From Oceanispirochaeta sp. (lineage in GTDB: Bacteria > Spirochaetota > Spirochaetia > DSM-2461): a stretch of DNA of 64,000 nt. Below are positions 59,000-64,000 of this stretch, piece after piece. A program made the translations under genes and the position numbers. The stretch spans positions 288,001 through 352,000 of the forward strand of contig CAXXXD010000002.1 of the NCBI GenBank assembly GCA_963663385.2, written 5' to 3'. Each line of letters opens with the position of its first letter. Position 1 is the stretch's first letter. Under the pieces are notes generated by a model. That model was not told the DNA's origin. It saw only the letters and a program-made list of their open reading frames with translations, and did not search any database.

Positions 59000-59134
59000 A
59001 TGTGAAGAGGCATCCGGCTATCGGAACAACGACCAATCTTTTCTATGAAAAATGCAGAGAGCTTCGATGGAATTCTAAGTAGAGTGCTATGAGCTAGTCT
59101 CAGATGATTCAGACGGATACTGATATATCCTTTC

Positions 59135-59166
59135 GGACATTAAACCACCGTATTTCCCTCGAGAAA
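59135..59166. repeat. Direct repeat, right copy, covering the last codons of the GntR-LacI gene
   Basis: GGACATTAAACCACCGTATTTCCCTCGAGAAA; encodes FLEGNTVV* on the minus strand. Confidence 0.92.
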
Positions 59167-60219
59167 GCTGGTTGGAACGATGCAGTTTTCCGGAGGATCT
59201 TTCGGTCCGTTCTTTATTATATTTATAAGAATGTCAACGCTGCGCCGGGCCAGGGATTCGAAATCCTGAGCAACCGTTGTCAGCTGCCATCTGGTGTCCG
59301 AAAGGTATTTCAGGTTATCGAATCCTACGAGCGAAAGGTCATGGGGAACTTCTATGCCCATAGATCCTGCGGCATTCAGAAGTCTGAAAGCAATCAGGTC
59401 GTTTACACAGAAGATGGCGGTAACTTTCTGTTTCAGAAGTTTTTTAAGAGTATGCCGGGCATCCTTTTCAGTCAGTACGGACTGCTCCTCCTCCCTTTCG
59501 GACGAAAAGCTTGTCACTACCAGCTCGGGATCCAGCGGAATCATGTTCCCTGTCAGGGCACGGCAGTATCCCTGATAGCGCTGACTGACCGCGTCGGAGT
59601 CCATCGCTCCCACAAAACCAATCTTTCTATGGGCTTTATCAACCAGAAACTGGACTGCCTCCAGTGCTCCCCGGAAGTTATCAGACTGCACAACAGGCAG
59701 GTTCAGCTCCTGGAGGTTCCTGTCCAGCAGAACCATCGGAAATCCGTCAATACTCATCCTGCTGAGGGTGTCCACATTCCTGTTATTTATAGGATAGATA
59801 ATAGCGCCTGCTACCTGATGCTGAGATATCTCGTCAAGAATGTGTTTTTCTCTCCGTGACGACTGTTCCGAGTAGTGAACACTGCATAAATACCCCTGTT
59901 CCCGGCAGCAGCGGAAGATATGATGAGTATACTGCTGCCCTCCGGAAAAGAAATCTATTTTGTGCGGCAGGAGAAGGGAAAGAATTTTCGAATCCCCGGG
60001 AGACTTCCTTCTGGGTTTCACAAAGGAGCCTTTTCCTTTCTGACGGTAGATGATGCCCCTGTGTTCCAGCTCTTTCAAGGCTCTGGTTACGGTGATGCGG
60101 GATGTATTGAACTCCTCCATCAGTTTCGCTTCAGAAGGAAGTTTTTCATCATCCTTGTACAGGTCTTTTTGAATCTGTTCCTGAAGACTGTTAATGATTA
60201 TCTGATAGGTCGGCAACAT
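59140..60219 (-). CDS. AraR-type regulator (GntR wHTH + LacI-type sensor domain)
   Basis: KLPSE..L...F..SRITV.RAL..L...G...R.KGKGSFV; C.NDLIA, VP.DLS.VGFD, LTTV.Q. Confidence 0.92.
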   Translation of the reverse strand: MLPTYQIIINSLQEQIQKDLYKDDEKLPSEAKLMEEFNTSRITVTRALKELEHRGIIYRQKGKGSFVKPRRKSPGDSKILSLLLPHKIDFFSGGQQYTHHIFRCCREQGYLCSVHYSEQSSRREKHILDEISQHQVAGAIIYPINNRNVDTLSRMSIDGFPMVLLDRNLQELNLPVVQSDNFRGALEAVQFLVDKAHRKIGFVGAMDSDAVSQRYQGYCRALTGNMIPLDPELVVTSFSSEREEEQSVLTEKDARHTLKKLLKQKVTAIFCVNDLIAFRLLNAAGSMGIEVPHDLSLVGFDNLKYLSDTRWQLTTVAQDFESLARRSVDILINIIKNGPKDPPENCIVPTSFLEGNTVV

Positions 60220-60331
60220 TATCGGCTCCTGTAATTTTTTACCATATCTTTTTCAGCTTGACAAGCTAAGTCCATAGGTTTTGTTTTAACATGATATATT
60301 AAGTATTCAATGTTATAATTGTTTATTTTTT

Positions 60332-60349
60332 AACTTGACATGTCAAGTT
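60332..60349. promoter_or_regulatory. Candidate operator of the AraR-type regulator (degenerate copy at 60255-60272)
   Basis: Perfect palindrome AACTTGACATGTCAAGTT containing TTGACA; related AGCTTGACAAGCTAAGTC. Confidence 0.75.
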
Positions 60350-60398
60350 TGAGAGGTTTATTGTAAATAAAATGATTAAACCCAAATTGGAGGAAAGT

Positions 60399-61637
60399 AT
60401 GAAACGGATAGTATTATCCATCGTTCTAATGACTCTCGCAGCATTCGGCATTCTTTATGCGGGAGGTCAGGCAGAAGAAGCCGGTCCGACAAAACTCGTC
60501 GTATCTTCTCGTTTATATTCTCAACCGGGAGAGCAGCAGTTTCTGATCGATGAGATTTTTCCTGAATTCGAAGAGAAGTACAACTGTATTGTCATGTTTG
60601 AAATCCTTGAGGATGATCCCCTTCTCAAGAGGGCCCGTTTCCAGAAGGAATCCGGAAGGGTGAATACGGATGTCGTTATCGCTCATGCCGGTCGGATGGC
60701 AGAATGGATGGATGGCGGTTTTGTAACACCTCTTCCTGCTGATCAATGGAACGACCGGACATTCTCCAAAGCTTTTCAGGAAAGCACATCCAAAGGTGGT
60801 AAAACATATTTCGCTCCTGTCGGCGGTGATGTATATCTGATGCTTGCCAACAAAAAAGCTTTACCCTATCTTCCCGAAGGGGCTGATGTTCAGGATCTCA
60901 GCTGGGATGAGTATGTCCAGTGGGCAGTTAATATAGCGGACGGGGAAGGCGAAGGAAAAGCCGCCGTCACAGGTGTTCCCATGAAATCCCTGATTTATAT
61001 GTATGGCGGTATGTTTCTCTCCTTTGGAGGAGAATTCCCTGTTATCAACTCTGCGGGTGCCGTAAAGGGCTGGGAGCTGTTATCCAAAATGCAGAATGCC
61101 TATACTCCGACAGTCAATACATATGACAATGTTTCCTCCCCCATGAAAACAGGAGAAGCCTGGCTGACAGTCGCCCATATGGTCCGCTGCGGGGAAGCCT
61201 ACCGGTCCAACCCTTCCGCCTATGTTCTGGCTCCGGCTCCCCGGGGACCGGAAGGTATCGGTTCCATCGCCGGAACCAGCGGTTTCGCCGTAGTAGACGG
61301 GGCTCCCAATGCAGAACTGGCCATGAAATTCGTTGAATATATGACAGAACCCGGAATGGCTGTAAAAATCGCCCGCGGCACAGGCGGATTCATTCCCCCA
61401 ATCGATGAAGCCATAGATCAGCTCGGTGATTCTCTGGAAGATGAAATTATCGCCAAGGGTATCTATGTTCTGAAAAACGGCGTTGTCTCCGGTGTCCCCG
61501 GAGGAGATTATACATCCTGGGGTGCTGTAAAACAGGTTTACGATGACGCTTTTCAGGAGCTGATCCTGAACAGAGGCGCTGTGGACAAGGCTTATCTGGA
61601 TGAGGCTCAGGCAAAACTGGAAGCCTTGAAAAAATAA
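60399..61637 (+). CDS. Sugar ABC transporter substrate-binding protein
   Basis: Signal ending YAGGQAEE; GGAGG RBS; first gene of an ABC operon. Confidence 0.87.
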   Translation: MKRIVLSIVLMTLAAFGILYAGGQAEEAGPTKLVVSSRLYSQPGEQQFLIDEIFPEFEEKYNCIVMFEILEDDPLLKRARFQKESGRVNTDVVIAHAGRMAEWMDGGFVTPLPADQWNDRTFSKAFQESTSKGGKTYFAPVGGDVYLMLANKKALPYLPEGADVQDLSWDEYVQWAVNIADGEGEGKAAVTGVPMKSLIYMYGGMFLSFGGEFPVINSAGAVKGWELLSKMQNAYTPTVNTYDNVSSPMKTGEAWLTVAHMVRCGEAYRSNPSAYVLAPAPRGPEGIGSIAGTSGFAVVDGAPNAELAMKFVEYMTEPGMAVKIARGTGGFIPPIDEAIDQLGDSLEDEIIAKGIYVLKNGVVSGVPGGDYTSWGAVKQVYDDAFQELILNRGAVDKAYLDEAQAKLEALKK

Positions 61638-61648
61638 TTTCAATATTG

Positions 61649-61681
61649 ACAGCCGGAAAGATATTCCGGCTGTAGTTTTTT
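61649..61681 (+). terminator. Hairpin/terminator after the SBP gene
   Basis: ACAGCCGGAA-N5-TTCCGGCTGT then AGTTTTTT. Confidence 0.7.
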
Positions 61682-61695
61682 ACTCGGAGGCTTAA

Positions 61696-62613
61696 ATGAC
61701 CAATCCTTTCCGCTCTCTTGACAGGGAGCAGAAAAAACAAATTGTTCCCTACCTGCTGATTGCTCCGGTTATCCTTTATTATGCCGTTTTCTGGCTTTTC
61801 CCGGTTCTGCAGGCGATCTTGGGTAGTTTCCTTACCGGTTCCCGGGCTTCGGGCGGTCACTTTACCCTGGCTAATTATATAAGCCTGTTCAGGGATCCTG
61901 TTTTCTACCAGGCTCTGTTTAATACGGCGTTTATTGTTCTGATCAGTGTATCCCTTGAATTCCTGCTGTCCTTCGGTCTGGCCCTTCTGATTAATATGAA
62001 ATTCAAAGGTTCCGGTCTGTTTCTCTTTATCGCCCTGATCCCCATGGCTTTGCCTGCTGTTGCCGTCGGTGCAATCTGGAATAGCGGATTGGCGACCTAT
62101 GGCTGGATGAATTCCTTTCTGATACGGCTGGGCTTTATTGATGCCGCCGACAAATTCATTTTTCTGGGAGGGAACAACTTTCAGAGAATGCTGCTGATTA
62201 TCCTGGTGGATGCCTGGCAGGTTATTCCCTTTATGATGGTTATTCTCCTCTCGGGGATGCAGAGCCTGAAACCGGAACTGTTCGAAGCCGGCTATGTCTT
62301 TGGAGGGAACCGCTTACAGGTATTGAGAAAAATCACGATTCCTCTGTTAAAACCGACTATTACGACCGCCATGATTCTCAGAATTATTGCGGCCATTCAG
62401 ATATGGCTGATAATTGTTATGCTATTCGGATTCAACCGCCTTCCTGTCCTGCTGGAGCAGATTGTTCTTAATGTGGACCTGTATGCCGCAGAAGAGTTCT
62501 TCCGAAAAGGTATGGCTCTTTCTGTTATTGTATCCCTGATTGTTTCAGGTATCTCATTTCTGTATCTTAAAGTTTCAGGCGCTTTTGATGAGCCTGCCGG
62601 AAAAGGAGTTTAG
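61696..62613 (+). CDS. Carbohydrate ABC transporter permease
   Basis: TL.NY, W...PF, LFEAGYVFGG EAA-like motif. Confidence 0.9.
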   Translation: MTNPFRSLDREQKKQIVPYLLIAPVILYYAVFWLFPVLQAILGSFLTGSRASGGHFTLANYISLFRDPVFYQALFNTAFIVLISVSLEFLLSFGLALLINMKFKGSGLFLFIALIPMALPAVAVGAIWNSGLATYGWMNSFLIRLGFIDAADKFIFLGGNNFQRMLLIILVDAWQVIPFMMVILLSGMQSLKPELFEAGYVFGGNRLQVLRKITIPLLKPTITTAMILRIIAAIQIWLIIVMLFGFNRLPVLLEQIVLNVDLYAAEEFFRKGMALSVIVSLIVSGISFLYLKVSGAFDEPAGKGV

Positions 62614-62615
62614 CA

Positions 62616-63704
62616 ATGGGAAACAATCTGAAGAGAACCGTTTTCCGGTCTGCCAAAACAACAACTCTGTATATCATTGTAAGCGGCGTGGCCATGGTTC
62701 TGATTTTTCCGATGTTCTTTCTGTTCACCTTTTCCCTGATGTCGGATTATGAAAGTTATTCCGAGTGGCCCAAGCCCCTGATACCCTCCCGTTCCGTTGA
62801 TTTTCAGCTGTCCCCGTCGGCAGAGCAGGATGCCTACGCTCTGGCAATCTGGAATTTTTCCGAGGAGGCTTTTATGCCTTTCGGCCCGGAATCCACAGAC
62901 AGGGATCCGGCCTCCCTGAGGAAGCTTTCAAATTTTCTCCGGAATTACGCCAACTGTACCATAACCGGAGAGGATATCCTGGCCCTGATGGATGAAACGG
63001 ATCAGACGGGAACCGCTTTCTTTACTCTGAAAAAGAATCTGTTCAGCAACTACTCGCGCTTTTTCAGCCTGTATTCCGGTGCGGCAAGCTCCGTGATAGC
63101 CAGTTTAAGCACTGCTTTTCTGACAATCCTTCTAAGCCTTTCCATAGGCGGAATGGCTGGTTATGCCTTTGCCCGCTACGTATTCAAGGGCAAGAACATT
63201 TTAAAGCTGAGCGTGCTTTTTGTCCGTATGTTTCCTCCGGTAGCGGTAGCCCTTCCCATGGTCATTATCCTGGGGAAGATGGGGCTTTATGACAGACCTG
63301 CAGGATTAAGTCTTATATATTCGGTAAACCAGATATCCCTGAGCATCTGGATTACCGCCAGTATCTTTATGGGGATCCCCGAGTCCCTGGAGGAAGCGGC
63401 ATTGATCTTCGGGACTTCCCGAATCGGAGCATTTTTCAGGATAACCCTTCCCCTGGCGGTTCCGGGACTGGCGGCCTGCGCCATGTATTCCTTTATCTAT
63501 TCCTGGAATGAAGTGATCAATGCCCTGATCCTGACTCAGTTCAATCCGACTCTTCCGGTTGTCGTATACAGATCTCTGTTGGGAGCCAATGCCCAGGTTC
63601 ATTTAATTGCCGCGGGTTCCGTGACACAGGCCCTGCCGGCCATCATTTTCACCCTGTTCATCCGGAAGTATATTCTCCAGATGTGGGGTGGAGTCAAAGT
63701 CTGA
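62616..63704 (+). CDS. Carbohydrate ABC transporter permease with enlarged extracytoplasmic loop
   Basis: AGYAFARY, LEEAALIFG, SWNE. Confidence 0.9.
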   Translation: MGNNLKRTVFRSAKTTTLYIIVSGVAMVLIFPMFFLFTFSLMSDYESYSEWPKPLIPSRSVDFQLSPSAEQDAYALAIWNFSEEAFMPFGPESTDRDPASLRKLSNFLRNYANCTITGEDILALMDETDQTGTAFFTLKKNLFSNYSRFFSLYSGAASSVIASLSTAFLTILLSLSIGGMAGYAFARYVFKGKNILKLSVLFVRMFPPVAVALPMVIILGKMGLYDRPAGLSLIYSVNQISLSIWITASIFMGIPESLEEAALIFGTSRIGAFFRITLPLAVPGLAACAMYSFIYSWNEVINALILTQFNPTLPVVVYRSLLGANAQVHLIAAGSVTQALPAIIFTLFIRKYILQMWGGVKV

Positions 63705-63719
63705 GAATGAGAGGAAACA

Positions 63720-64000
63720 ATGGCAGTTCTTGAATTAAACGATATAGCAAAAAAATATAACAGAAAGGTCTGGGGGGTCCGGAAGATGGATCTGGAAGTG
63801 GAGGATAAGGAGTTTATCGTATTCCTCGGACCTTCAGGCTGCGGGAAAACGACATGTATGAGGATGATAGCCGGTCTTGAAGAAACAACACGCGGTTCCA
63901 TTGTCCTGGATGGACGGGATATTACGGATCTGGCCCCGAGGGATAGGAATATCTCCATGGTATTTCAGAATTACGCTATCTGGCCTCACATGAACGTATT
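63720..64000 (+). CDS. Sugar ABC transporter ATP-binding protein (MalK/MsmX type), truncated by the window end
   Basis: EFIVFLGPSGCGKTT..RMIAGLE, RNISMVFQNYA.WPHM.V. Confidence 0.93.
   Translation, partial: MAVLELNDIAKKYNRKVWGVRKMDLEVEDKEFIVFLGPSGCGKTTCMRMIAGLEETTRGSIVLDGRDITDLAPRDRNISMVFQNYAIWPHMNV

Larger units (their letters stand above)
51582..59166. mobile_element. Integrase-less metabolic islet flanked by direct repeats
   Basis: 32-bp direct repeats at both ends; visibly more AT-rich than the left flank; self-contained regulon. Confidence 0.65.

Noticed and set aside
1..64000. CRISPR arrays, rRNA/tRNA genes, transposases, integrases, retron or phage-defence genes
   Set aside because: I saw no regularly spaced repeats or diagnostic motifs by eye; small RNAs could be missed without covariance-model searches.

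Overview
64 kb of a bacterial chromosome, most likely a free-living spirochaete (Spirochaetaceae-like). This is inferred from spirochaete-style SBP leaders ('FSGGQQE', 'YAGGQAEE'), the lipoprotein set and the LysM lipoprotein type; it was not confirmed by any search. Left end (0.2-11.6 kb): an Sfp-type PPTase, a REC-REC regulator and a heavily eroded NRPS (starter C - partial A - no carrier domain - E - C - terminal reductase). The NRPS is shortened by several internal deletions, frameshifts and a nonsense codon. It is transcribed divergently from an intact SBP, a Cache-HAMP-PAS kinase and a hybrid kinase. Next come an RND efflux trio and housekeeping or spirochaete genes (trxA, vWA protein, glgP, hom, and an LpoB-like/COG3014-like/LPP20 lipoprotein operon). 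A KamA + non-canonical ATP-grasp operon follows, with a structured leader and a relic of two further genes. Then a LysM lipoprotein, dihydropyrimidinase, a soluble MCP, a LacI-controlled isomerase/kinase/MtlD-like cluster, Sua5, ArsR/ArsP, a PTS-EIIA-diadenylate cyclase fusion and a frameshifted aminotransferase. A ~7.5 kb sugar-acid catabolic islet is bounded by a 32-bp direct repeat matching the 3' end of the neighbouring regulator gene, and a further sugar ABC operon runs off the right end. I found no tRNA, rRNA, CRISPR array, integrase or transposase. All product calls come from motif recognition by eye; no database search was run.
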